A stretch of 64,000 nt of DNA from assembly GCA_963740355.1 (NCBI GenBank), contig CAVUDW010000002.1, positions 288,001 through 352,000 on the forward strand, in the 5' to 3' direction. The DNA is from an uncultured Gemmatimonadaceae bacterium. Lineage in GTDB: Bacteria; Gemmatimonadota; Gemmatimonadetes; Gemmatimonadales; Gemmatimonadaceae. The notes beneath the pieces are model-generated. The model ran no database searches, had not been told where the DNA came from, and was given only the letters and a program-made list of their open reading frames with translations. Below, piece by piece: positions 18,568 through 27,309 of the stretch (positions within the stretch are counted from its first letter, which is position 1; every line of letters starts with the position of its first letter). A program made the position numbers and the translations under genes.

Positions 18568-19098
18568 TCACGCCGAATCTGACCGGGATGATCCGCTGCT
18601 CGAACTCTCGAGTGTGTGCGGCGCGTGCGGTCGAAAGGCAAACCAGAGCACGATTGCGCCACAGGTGATCGCCATGTCGGCGACGTTGAAGATCCAGAAT
18701 CGTGTATCGCCGAAGCCGACGTCGATGAAATCCACCACGCCGCGATCCCAGCGAAGGCGATCGACGAGATTGCCCAGCGCGCCTGCGGCGACCAGCGCGA
18801 TACCAGTGAACATCACAGGATTCTCGCTCTTCGTCCGCACCAGCCAGGTGGCGATCGCGATCAGCATTGCCACTGCGATTCCCGCGAGGATCCAGCGCGA
18901 CCAGGCCCCCGCCGTCAGGCCCATGGCGGCGCGAACGTTGTAGGCGAGCGTGAAGCGCAGGACGTCGCCCAGCACGTCATGCGGCACGTAAGCCGGCGAA
19001 AGCTCAGCCACGGCGACGCGCTTGCTGACACAGTCGCTGAGAAAGACGCCGGCGAACAACGGCAGGAAGACACGGGCCTTGAGCGCTGCAAGCCGCAT
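18568..19098 (-). CDS. lspA: Signal peptidase II (lipoprotein signal peptidase)
   Basis: D..SK, YN..AAMG, GALGNLVDRL, VVDFID and FNVADMAITCG motifs; start reassigned to MRLAALK at 19098. Confidence 0.92.
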   Translation of the reverse strand: MRLAALKARVFLPLFAGVFLSDCVSKRVAVAELSPAYVPHDVLGDVLRFTLAYNVRAAMGLTAGAWSRWILAGIAVAMLIAIATWLVRTKSENPVMFTGIALVAAGALGNLVDRLRWDRGVVDFIDVGFGDTRFWIFNVADMAITCGAIVLWFAFRPHAPHTLESSSSGSSRSDSA

Positions 19099-19317
19099 TG
19101 GGGTCACTCCGGGGAGTCGACCCCTGCCGACCGAATGGTCTGCGCCCGGGGTGCGAGTGGACTGAAATACACTCACGGTCGGGCAGGGTTTCCACCAGGG
19201 CGAGGGCGCCGCAGGTGTTGGGGCCAATCCAGCATTGCCCCGGCCGGCGCCGTTGCTTCGTTTGTTGTGGCGCGGCCGTGGGGCCGCCTGATTCGTCCCC
19301 GACACCGGTTCCAGGTC

Positions 19318-22300
19318 ATGAGTCTTCGTCGCAGCCTCGCGCTCCTCATCGCAGTTGTCCCGGCGCTCGGTGGGCAAGCGGTCGCAAGGACGCCGTTCAC
19401 CGCCGCCGACGCCCTCGGCATCACGACGGCGCAGGTCGCCGACCTGTCGGCCGATGGCCGATGGTTGCTGCTGACCACCGCCACGCGACGGGACGGACTC
19501 GGTGTCGACTATCGCCGCGATACCGACCCGACCTACATCCGCGTCAGCCCTGCGCAACTGAGCCTGATCGACACCCGCGATGGCGCAGAGCGGAAGGTGT
19601 TCGCAGCCAAGGAGACCGTGCGATCGGCCGTGCTGTCGCCTGATGGGAGTCGCGTCGGTGTGCTCGTGCTACGCAACGACAAGTTCGAGCCGGTGATCTG
19701 GGACCGCACGACCGGACGCGCTCGCACCCTGCCGGTGCCGGCCGGCTTCTACGTAGCGGAAGGCAGCGACGTGAAGTGGAGTGGTGATGGCACGCGCATC
19801 CTCGTGTCGCTCCACACCGATGCCTGGAAGCGAGAAGCGTCCGCCGAGTTCGCGCGGATGACACGCGGCCCGGTGTTCGTGCAGGACGGCACGGATCCAT
19901 TTCTGGCGTGGGACAAGATTCGGCGCGAAGGGAACGTGCGTTCGGTGTGGAGCCTCGATGTTCGGACCGGGAAAGCCACCGAGCTGCTCCCGAATGCGAT
20001 GTACGCCTCGTACCAGCTCTCCGAAGACGATTCGCTGATCACCTGGCAGGCCGACATCACGAAGAAGACCGACTACGACGTGATCTTCGGTAGCGACAAT
20101 CGCCTGATGGCACAGCGCCTCTCAGGTGGGCAGCCGATGCAGTTGCTGGCCTCGACCAAGGGGCTGTCGCCAGTGTGGGCGCGCGACGGCAAGCGCTTCG
20201 CCTTCGCGAAGGACGGCCGAGTGTATGTGCGCAGCATCAGCGACTCGGTGGCGCGCCAGGTGGCCGGCCCCGACTCTGCGACCGCCGCCAGGACCGCCAG
20301 CGACACCAGCCCGGCCGCCCGCGCCGCTCGGGCACTCACGCGCTACTCCGTCATGCGTTGGTCGCCGACCGGTGATGCACTGTTGCTCTCGAATCCGCAC
20401 GGACTCTGGCTCGCACCGCTGGCGCAGGGCGCGATGACGCTGGTCATCGCCACCAATGACACCGTGCCGACCACACCTCGTGTGTCGCCGGCCGCGTGGA
20501 GCGACGATGGACGCTACCTGTACCTCACATCGGCGTCCCGCAGCACGTGGGAGCGCGGTGTGATCCGCTTCGATCGCGCCACCGGCCAGACGACGACGCT
20601 GGTGCGCGACGCACGACTCTACGGAAACATCCGACTCGCGAAGTCCGGCACCGTGCTGGTGTACTCGTCAGGTGATGGCAACCGCCCGCAGGAGGTGTAC
20701 GTCGCGGATGGCGCGATGGCCGGTGAGCGTCGGCTCACCACGCTCAATCCGGGCATCGAGCTCAAGACGCTCGGTTCAACGCGACTGATCAACTATCACG
20801 ATGCGGACGGCAAGACGCGGTACGGCGTCGTCTACCTGCCCGCCGGCTACACGAAGGAACGTCGGTACCCAACATTGTTCAGCGTCTATGAAGACTTCTT
20901 CGACGACACGTTCGATGCATCACTGAACGTCCTCTCGTCGCAGGGATACGTCGTCGTGAAGCCGTCGGTCGGCTTCGAGACCGGCTATCCTGGCGAGGCG
21001 TGGTTGAAGGGTGTCACGGCATCTGCCAACGCGCTGATCGAGGCGGGCATCGCGGACTCGTCGAAGCTCGGGGTGTACGGCACCAGCTACGGCGGATACG
21101 CCACCAACCTGCTCATCACACAGACCAGTCGCTTCCGCGCCGCCGTCAACGTTTCGGGCAAGGTGGACATGGTGTCGTTCTACACCGACTCGCCACGCCT
21201 TGGCGTTCGCAACATCCACGCAGCCGAGAAGAGCCAGGATCGCATCGGCGCAACACTCTGGCAGGCGCCGCAGAAGTACATCGCGCACTCGGCCATCTTC
21301 TTCGCCGATCGGATCTCCACGCCACTGCTGCTGATCACTGGCGCCCAGGATCCGAACGTACCGGCCGACAATACGCGCGAGATGTACTACGCACTGCGGC
21401 GCCTCGGCAAGCCGGTAACGTGGGTCAACTACATGAACTCCGGCCACGGTACACCAGGCACCACGGCCGAAGATTTCATCGACTATCACACGCGCATTTC
21501 CGCCTTCTTCGATCGCTACCTGAAGGGCAATGGCGCGGGTGGCGTGGTCGAGGCGACCTCACTCACCGGCCAACCGCTGTACCGCCCGGAGCCGACCGGT
21601 GCCGCGCGCGAAAAGATGGAAGCGCAGCTCGATACCGCGCGTCGTGCGTGGGAGCATACGCCGACCAATATCGACTCCACCATCTGGCTCGGTCGCCGCA
21701 CCGCGTACCTCGGTCGGTTCAACGAGGCCATCGACATCTATACGAAAGGCATTGCTGAACATCCTGACGACGCGCGACTCTACCGCCATCGCGGGCATCG
21801 GTACCTCACCACACGTCAACTCCCGAAGGCGATCGCTGATTTCGAGAAGGCGTACGCACTGACGAAGGGGAAGCCGGATCAGGTCGAGCCGGACGGCCAG
21901 CCGAATGCGCGCAACATTCCGACCAGCACGCTCCAGGGCAACATTCGCTATCACCTCGGGTTGGCCTATTACCTGAGTGGCCAGTTCGACAAGGCGTTGC
22001 CGTTGTATCGCGAAGATATCGCGGCGTCGAAGGGCAACCCGGACATGCTGGTCGCCACCAGCCACTGGCTCTACATGGCACTGCGACGGCTCAATCGCGC
22101 CGATGACGCTGCCGCAGTGCTGGCGCCGATCACCGCCAACATGGATGTGATCGAGAATGGGGCGTATCACCGCCTGCTGCTGCTCTACAAGGGCGAGCTG
22201 ACGGAAGCGGACCTGATGCGCAACTTCGGCCCCGACGGCAACCTGCAGGACATCACGACCGCCTACGGTGTCGGGAACTGGCACCTCTACAACGGACGTA

Positions 22301-22410
22301 CCGCGCGTGCCGATGAAATCTTTGCTCAGATCGTCGCTGTGCAATCACAGTGGGCGAGCTTCGGGTATCTGACTGCTGAAGCCGAGCGCGCTCGGCGCGT
22401 CACGCAATAG
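19318..22410 (+). CDS. S9 (prolyl oligopeptidase/dipeptidyl peptidase) family peptidase with beta-propeller, fused to a C-terminal TPR domain
   Basis: Signal peptide MSLRRSLALLIAV; PD40-like repeats (LSADG, LSPDG, WSGDG, WSPTG); triad GTSYGG / QDPNV / GHG; TPR helices from ~21600. Confidence 0.88.
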   Translation: MSLRRSLALLIAVVPALGGQAVARTPFTAADALGITTAQVADLSADGRWLLLTTATRRDGLGVDYRRDTDPTYIRVSPAQLSLIDTRDGAERKVFAAKETVRSAVLSPDGSRVGVLVLRNDKFEPVIWDRTTGRARTLPVPAGFYVAEGSDVKWSGDGTRILVSLHTDAWKREASAEFARMTRGPVFVQDGTDPFLAWDKIRREGNVRSVWSLDVRTGKATELLPNAMYASYQLSEDDSLITWQADITKKTDYDVIFGSDNRLMAQRLSGGQPMQLLASTKGLSPVWARDGKRFAFAKDGRVYVRSISDSVARQVAGPDSATAARTASDTSPAARAARALTRYSVMRWSPTGDALLLSNPHGLWLAPLAQGAMTLVIATNDTVPTTPRVSPAAWSDDGRYLYLTSASRSTWERGVIRFDRATGQTTTLVRDARLYGNIRLAKSGTVLVYSSGDGNRPQEVYVADGAMAGERRLTTLNPGIELKTLGSTRLINYHDADGKTRYGVVYLPAGYTKERRYPTLFSVYEDFFDDTFDASLNVLSSQGYVVVKPSVGFETGYPGEAWLKGVTASANALIEAGIADSSKLGVYGTSYGGYATNLLITQTSRFRAAVNVSGKVDMVSFYTDSPRLGVRNIHAAEKSQDRIGATLWQAPQKYIAHSAIFFADRISTPLLLITGAQDPNVPADNTREMYYALRRLGKPVTWVNYMNSGHGTPGTTAEDFIDYHTRISAFFDRYLKGNGAGGVVEATSLTGQPLYRPEPTGAAREKMEAQLDTARRAWEHTPTNIDSTIWLGRRTAYLGRFNEAIDIYTKGIAEHPDDARLYRHRGHRYLTTRQLPKAIADFEKAYALTKGKPDQVEPDGQPNARNIPTSTLQGNIRYHLGLAYYLSGQFDKALPLYREDIAASKGNPDMLVATSHWLYMALRRLNRADDAAAVLAPITANMDVIENGAYHRLLLLYKGELTEADLMRNFGPDGNLQDITTAYGVGNWHLYNGRTARADEIFAQIVAVQSQWASFGYLTAEAERARRVTQ

Positions 22411-22422
22411 CAGTCGTCGGTT

Positions 22423-22878
22423 TCACGGCGGCGGTGGTGGTCCCCGATCATCATCGCGCCGCAGCGGCGGCCCGTCGCGCGGTCCGGGGCGACCGTCGCG
22501 CCCTCGACGCGGCGCAGCGCCATCACGTCGGTCTGGTGCAAACCGCGCCAGGCGTTCGCGCTGACTGTCATCTAGCAGCGGATTCAATCGCGCCTTGAGC
22601 GTGTCGATCGTGGCGCGCATCGCACTGTCATGCACGCGGCGCATCGAGATGTTCTGCTGCGCGGTGGCTTCCACGATCGGGCGAATCACATTCCACTGTG
22701 AATCACTGGTGGGCCGGATGACCTCCTGCACACGCTCGATCAGGCCGCCGGGGCGACGGATGTCATTCACGCGCGCGAATCGCCGCTCCTGCATCGCACC
22801 GGCACTGAGCAGGCCGATGGCGATGCCGAGCAACAAGGTGACGATGAGCAGCACCCAGGCGCGAACGGAAGCGGTCAT
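22423..22878 (-). CDS. Membrane-anchored Spy/CpxP-like helical periplasmic protein
   Basis: N-terminal TM helix, helical core with TSDSQ and LDDSQ (LTxxQ-like), Pro/Arg-rich tail; downstream of an ECF/anti-sigma pair. Confidence 0.6.
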   Translation of the reverse strand: MTASVRAWVLLIVTLLLGIAIGLLSAGAMQERRFARVNDIRRPGGLIERVQEVIRPTSDSQWNVIRPIVEATAQQNISMRRVHDSAMRATIDTLKARLNPLLDDSQRERLARFAPDRRDGAAPRRGRDGRPGPRDGPPLRRDDDRGPPPPP

Positions 22879-22888
22879 GTGGTGCTCA

Positions 22889-23299
22889 TCACTGGAAGGC
22901 CTCGGACGTGGAAGACAGCACTGATTCGGCAGATACCGGCTGGAGGCCAATCGCGGCCTCGAGGATCGAGGCGTCATCCGCACGCGCAATCACGGTGTTG
23001 TGCACGCCGAGTGCGACGATTGCGAGCGCTGCCGCCGCCGCCAGCACCCGAAAGCTGCGTTGCATGGCCTTCACCCGAACCACTGCGGGTGGCGTGACCA
23101 CACGGGCTGCCGCGAGGCGCGCCATGGTGCGATCGGCAAAGCCGGCGGCGAAGTCGGCCGGCGGCATCGCGCTGCGAAGCAGGTTGCCCGCTCGCCGCGT
23201 CGCCAGTTCGTCGGCGCCGTCGGCGTTGACGGGATCGTCGCCGTGATTGCCGCTGTGATTGCCGCTGTGCTGGTCGCTCATCGCATCATCGCTCATCAT
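22889..23299 (-). CDS. Putative single-TM anti-sigma factor
   Basis: ATGA overlap with the ECF sigma stop; GFADRTMARL motif then a TM helix. Confidence 0.65.
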   Translation of the reverse strand: MMSDDAMSDQHSGNHSGNHGDDPVNADGADELATRRAGNLLRSAMPPADFAAGFADRTMARLAAARVVTPPAVVRVKAMQRSFRVLAAAAALAIVALGVHNTVIARADDASILEAAIGLQPVSAESVLSSTSEAFQ

Positions 23300-23862
23300 T
23301 CTGTGAACTCCTCCCACACCGGGCCCAGTGTCACGCGCAGCTGCTGCACGGCGCGTGACAATCGTGAGAGGACCGTCCCCTCCGGCACCTGCAGGATCTC
23401 TGCCGTCTCTCTGGTGCTGCGTTCCTCGAGCAGTCGCAGCACCACCACGGCACGATGATCCGGACGAAGACTATCAAGCGCTTCGCGAATGCGTCGTGCC
23501 TGGCCGTCGTCGCCAGCGCTGACCTGCGCCGCCGGATCCACCGCCTGTGCCAGCGCGGTGTCGTCGCTCACGAATCGCAGCTCGCGGCGCCGCGTGCTCC
23601 GAAGGGCATTCAAGGCACAGCTCATCGCAATTCGCACCAGGTACGTCCGCACCGACGACTCGCCGCGAAAGGAATCGAGCGACTGGTAGAAGCGGACAAA
23701 CGCCTCCTGACCGACATCATCGGCATCGTCGCGTGAGCCGAGCATGCCGAACACCGTGCGCGCGACTGCCGCCTGGTGACGTTCCACCAGGCGACGGAAG
23801 GCGTCGTCGTCACCGTTGCGGGCGCGAGCGACCAGTGCGGCATCATCGTCGGTTTCGATCAC
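23296..23862 (-). CDS. ECF RNA polymerase sigma factor
   Basis: Region 2 DADDVGQEAFVR..SFRGESS..TYLVRIA; region 4 ETAEILQVPEGTVLSRLSRA. Confidence 0.93.
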   Translation of the reverse strand: MIETDDDAALVARARNGDDDAFRRLVERHQAAVARTVFGMLGSRDDADDVGQEAFVRFYQSLDSFRGESSVRTYLVRIAMSCALNALRSTRRRELRFVSDDTALAQAVDPAAQVSAGDDGQARRIREALDSLRPDHRAVVVLRLLEERSTRETAEILQVPEGTVLSRLSRAVQQLRVTLGPVWEEFTE

Positions 23863-23919
23863 GTGTGTGGCGGGGAGTGTAGCCCCGCGATCGGTTGATC
23901 GGGGGCTGGACGGTCCTCG

Positions 23920-24483
23920 TCAGCGCTGGCTGCCGTTGGTGCTGGCGCCGTCGCGGTCGTTCGGTGGGCCACGACGGTCATCGCGCGGGGGGCCGCGCCG
24001 CCCGTCATCGCGCCCATCGCGATCGTCACGTCCGCGGAATCCGCGGCGCGGTCCGTCGTGACCACGCCCACCACGGCCGCCGCGATCCATCCGGGCGCGC
24101 ATGGCGTCGTGCTTCAGCTTCTGGTCGGGTGTCAGGATCGCCGCCAGCGCCTTCTGGTTGGCGGTCCGGCGCGTTTCCATCGCCGCGCGTTCCGCATCAC
24201 GCTCGGCGACCCGGCGCGCGAGCACCGAATCCATGCCGCGCTGTTCGGCATTGAGCAGCGCCTTGACCTTGTTGGCCTGTTCAGCCGAGAGGCTGAGCTC
24301 CGTGGTCATGCGCTGCACACGTTCGTCCACCGACGGTGGCCCGCGGCGCGTTGGTCCGGGTCCGCGCTGTCCGGCCGCTGGCGGCGGCGGGGTCGTGCCC
24401 TGCTGCGCCTGCACTGGCGCGCTCTGGACGAGGGCGGCCGCCATCATGGCGAAGGCCGTGGCAAGTGTCTTCCGGTTGGTCAT
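23920..24483 (-). CDS. Secreted Spy/CpxP-like (LTxxQ) protein
   Basis: Signal peptide ending AQA; MTTELSLSAEQ and ILTPDQ motifs; Gly/Arg/Pro tail. Confidence 0.7.
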   Translation of the reverse strand: MTNRKTLATAFAMMAAALVQSAPVQAQQGTTPPPPAAGQRGPGPTRRGPPSVDERVQRMTTELSLSAEQANKVKALLNAEQRGMDSVLARRVAERDAERAAMETRRTANQKALAAILTPDQKLKHDAMRARMDRGGRGGRGHDGPRRGFRGRDDRDGRDDGRRGPPRDDRRGPPNDRDGASTNGSQR

Positions 24484-24603
24484 CTGCGAGCCTCAGGAGA
24501 GGTGAAGGGCGTGGTGGGAGTGGGACACATTCGGTCCGCACATTCGACACCGGCCACGCTTCCTTCATTCCATCCCGATTGCCCTGCGCTTTGCGGCCGG
24601 AAG

Positions 24604-24895
24604 AAACAGCAGTGGGGGCGGGAGGCCACGGAGCTCACGGAGTAGCGTCACTAGCGCTCGCCGTCGTTTCGCCGCCATTCCAAACAGCAATGGGGTGGGA
24701 GGCCACGGAGCTCACGGAGTAGCTACCGTTGCGACCACCCGTGCAACGCCAGCCATTTCTGACGAGGTAAAGAGGGAACAGCAGTTCTCCTCCAATTAGA
24801 TGGCCGCGATAAGCGGACGCCTCGCCCTTGGAGCTACTCCGTGAGCTCCGTGGCCTCCCGCTCCCATTGCAGTTGCAGTTAGCAGTTGCAGTTGC
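24604..24895. repeat. REP/REPIN-like cluster: three copies of the GGGAGGCCACGGAGCTCACGGAGTAGC arm plus (GCAGTT)n
   Basis: Direct copies at 24620-24646 and 24697-24723, inverted copy at 24833-24859; hexamer tandem repeats at ~24869-24895. Confidence 0.9.
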
Positions 24896-24915
24896 CGTGG
24901 GAGCGGAGGCAGCGA

Positions 24916-27084
24916 CTACGGGGTGACGTCGAGGCGTACGCGGACGATGCGCGAGGAGCCGGGCATGATGTTGTTGTTGCCTTGCGATGTGGTGTAGTAG
25001 CGGCGGTCGAAGAGGTTCTCGACGTTCAGCTGCGCGCGCACCGACTTGGTCAACGTGACGAACCCCGCGGCGTCGATGCGGGTGAAGGCCGGCAACGTGA
25101 CGGCGTTGTCGATGGCGGCGAACATCTTCGCCTGCTGCACGATACCGACACCGGTCCCGACGCGCTTCGCGATCTGGTAGCGATTCCAGAGTGAGAGCGT
25201 CTGGCGCGGAACCAGTGGTACGCGGGCGCCGGCGGCAGCGGCACTGGTGCGCGACATGATGCGCGCCACCTGATTCACGTAGCCACCAGCAATCTGCCAG
25301 CGTGCGGTGGGTGATCCGCTCGCACCGACTTCCCAACCGGTGGTGCGCTGTGCGCCGGTCTGCACCACCACGCCGGCGAGGTTCGGATCGGGAGCGGTGG
25401 TGTTGGTCCGATCGAGACGATAGACCGCGGCCGTCAACGCCAGGTCAGGACGCGCATCCCACTTCACGCCCACTTCGCGATTCGTGAACTGCTCCGGCTC
25501 CAGCGTCTGCGTGGTGGCGGTGAGTGAGCCGAACTGATCGCCGCTGCCCGGCAGGAACGAGACACCGAGGCTGCCGTAGATCGAGAGGGGCGTGATCGGC
25601 TTGATGACCAGGCCGGCGCGTGGCGATACGAGGTTGTCCGTGCGCGACAGGCTCTGTTGGTTGCGATTGTTGCGGTAGTCGAGCACGAGGTGGTCGAAGC
25701 GAATGCCAAGGATTCCCTGCACATGCTCGCCAATCTCGACCTGATGCTGCGCATAGACCGCTTGGGTGGTGTACGTCGTCCGGCTGTTGGCATCGGTCGC
25801 GCTGTAGCGGAACTCCACCGGTGCCGTTACCGTCGGTGCGGTGAAGGGCACGGCATAACTGGTCGCAGTGCTGCCCGTGGCGCCGAAGTAGGCGGTGTTG
25901 CGCTGGTTGTCGGTGCGCTGCGATGCGAATTCAGCGCCAAGGAGCAGCGTGTGACGGAGGATGCCACGCGTGATCGTCGTGGTGACATCCGTCTGGTTGA
26001 AGACGTTGCTGCGATCGGTGCCGTTGTTGTAGCCCTGCAGGTTGACGGTGGCCATGTTGGTGGCCACCGCACCGGGAAAGACATTCTGGTAGAACTTGTC
26101 GTACGTCATGTAGCGCGTGCGATTGCGCAGCTGGATGCCGCTCACCGCGTCGTTACCCGCCCACAGCGTCCGATCGACCGTGGCGGCCACACTCTGCGCC
26201 TCGAGGCGTGAGCGACTGGCATTCGGGTCGCCGAAATAGGTCTCGATCGGTGTTGGCGACGGAGCGCCCTGGTACGAGGGGATGCCGCGATCGACCACAC
26301 GCCGGTCGGTGTAATACTCGTACCCAACGCGCACCATCGTGCCACCCAGCATCAGCGATGCGGTGGGGTTGATGCCGATGCGCTCGCCGCCTGACTGCTG
26401 CCGGAAGCTGGCCGAATTTTCGTAGAGTGCGTTGAGGCGCCCCGCGAGCTTCGGCGTGATGCCCTGGCCGATGTCGAGTGCCGTGCGTCGCTGGTCGAAG
26501 CTCCCACCGGTGACGCCGAGTGAGCGGGTTGTGAACCACTGCGCATCCTTGGTCACGCGGTTGATCACACCGCCGCCACCGCCACGTCCGAAGGTCATCG
26601 CATTCGGGCCCTTGAGCGCCTCGACGCGTTCGACATTGTAGACATCGCGGTAGTACTGGGCGTCGTCACGGATGCCGTCGATGAAGAAGTCGGCGGTGGT
26701 GCTCTGCCCGCGAATCGTGGGGGCGTCGCGATGGCCTTCGCCCTGTCCCATGGTCATGCCGGGGACATAGCGCACCACGTCGGCCATGCCCTGCATCGCC
26801 TGGTCAGCGATGAGCGACTTGCTGATCACCGTCGCCGACTGGGGCAGGTCGCGGAGCAGCATGTCTGTGCGGGTGGCGCTCGTCGAGCGCTTGACGTTGT
26901 AGGCTGGCCGCCGGCGGATGGAGTCGGTGATGGTCACTCGGCTGAGCATCGCCTTGGCCGCCGAATCGCGCGGGGGGGCTGGCTGTTGCTGGGCGGTGAG
27001 TGCGGCCGCAGACAGGCAGAGCGCTGCCGTGGTGGCGGCGGCGCGCGCGGTGGAGGCGAGGGTGGTGCGGGCAGCTCGGGGCAT
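24916..27084 (-). CDS. TonB-dependent siderophore receptor (Fiu/PiuA-like)
   Basis: Signal peptide; plug motifs LRDLPQSATVI, YVPG, IRG, FFIDG, NVERVEALKGP..GGGGGVINRVTK; C-terminal LNVENLFDRRYY. Confidence 0.93.
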   Translation of the reverse strand: MPRAARTTLASTARAAATTAALCLSAAALTAQQQPAPPRDSAAKAMLSRVTITDSIRRRPAYNVKRSTSATRTDMLLRDLPQSATVISKSLIADQAMQGMADVVRYVPGMTMGQGEGHRDAPTIRGQSTTADFFIDGIRDDAQYYRDVYNVERVEALKGPNAMTFGRGGGGGVINRVTKDAQWFTTRSLGVTGGSFDQRRTALDIGQGITPKLAGRLNALYENSASFRQQSGGERIGINPTASLMLGGTMVRVGYEYYTDRRVVDRGIPSYQGAPSPTPIETYFGDPNASRSRLEAQSVAATVDRTLWAGNDAVSGIQLRNRTRYMTYDKFYQNVFPGAVATNMATVNLQGYNNGTDRSNVFNQTDVTTTITRGILRHTLLLGAEFASQRTDNQRNTAYFGATGSTATSYAVPFTAPTVTAPVEFRYSATDANSRTTYTTQAVYAQHQVEIGEHVQGILGIRFDHLVLDYRNNRNQQSLSRTDNLVSPRAGLVIKPITPLSIYGSLGVSFLPGSGDQFGSLTATTQTLEPEQFTNREVGVKWDARPDLALTAAVYRLDRTNTTAPDPNLAGVVVQTGAQRTTGWEVGASGSPTARWQIAGGYVNQVARIMSRTSAAAAGARVPLVPRQTLSLWNRYQIAKRVGTGVGIVQQAKMFAAIDNAVTLPAFTRIDAAGFVTLTKSVRAQLNVENLFDRRYYTTSQGNNNIMPGSSRIVRVRLDVTP

Positions 27085-27093
27085 CGTCGTAGA

Positions 27094-27108
27094 TGAGAAT
27101 GGCTATCA
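27094..27108 (-). promoter_or_regulatory. Fur-box-like 7-1-7 operator
   Basis: Plus strand TGAGAAT-G-GCTATCA (11/14 to consensus), ending 9 nt before the receptor ATG. Confidence 0.65.
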
Positions 27109-27126
27109 AGAAGCGTTGACGCCACG

Positions 27127-27155
27127 AGAATGCCATCGAATGCCGACAATGTCAA
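27127..27155 (-). promoter_or_regulatory. Putative sigma70 promoter for the TonB receptor
   Basis: Perfect TTGACA (27155-27150), 17-bp spacer, TGn-extended CATTCT (27132-27127). Confidence 0.6.
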
Positions 27156-27247
27156 TCGGGATTAAAACGGACGAAGCTGGGGACGGAGTTCTCGAGCTCT
27201 TGGGGACGGAGTTCCTGAGCTGAAGACCCCCCCACCGGTTCACCCGC

Positions 27248-27294
27248 TTCAAGGGGTCAGAGTCCTTGAATTTCATGGACTCTGACCCCTTGAA
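27248..27294. repeat. Long hairpin (REP-like palindrome / possible terminator)
   Basis: TTCAAGGGGTCAGAGTCC ... GGACTCTGACCCCTTGAA, perfect 18-bp stem, 15 nt downstream of the VPS10-gene stop. Confidence 0.8.
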
Positions 27295-27309
27295 CACTCG
27301 CGGCGCCAT

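Noticed and set aside
18616..19557. Long overlapping 5' extensions of the S9 peptidase and lspA ORFs
   Set aside because: Artefacts of longest-ORF calling in GC-rich DNA; signal peptide and family motifs place the starts at 19318 and 19098.
23243..23269. 12-bp tandem repeat in the anti-sigma gene (HSGNHSGNH)
   Set aside because: Short in-frame duplication in a disordered N-terminus; no further evidence of function.
24545..24572. Possible ECF promoter (GGAAT..GTCGAA) upstream of the Spy-like gene
   Set aside because: Spacing is ambiguous and there is no second instance in the window to support a consensus.
24759..24765. CTGACGA resembling the hammerhead ribozyme core
   Set aside because: No correctly placed GAAA and stem II downstream; the core cannot be completed.
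24604..24870. Possible mini CRISPR array (27-bp repeats with spacers)
   Set aside because: Only two direct copies and the third is inverted; spacer lengths are unequal (50 and ~109 bp); no cas genes in the window.
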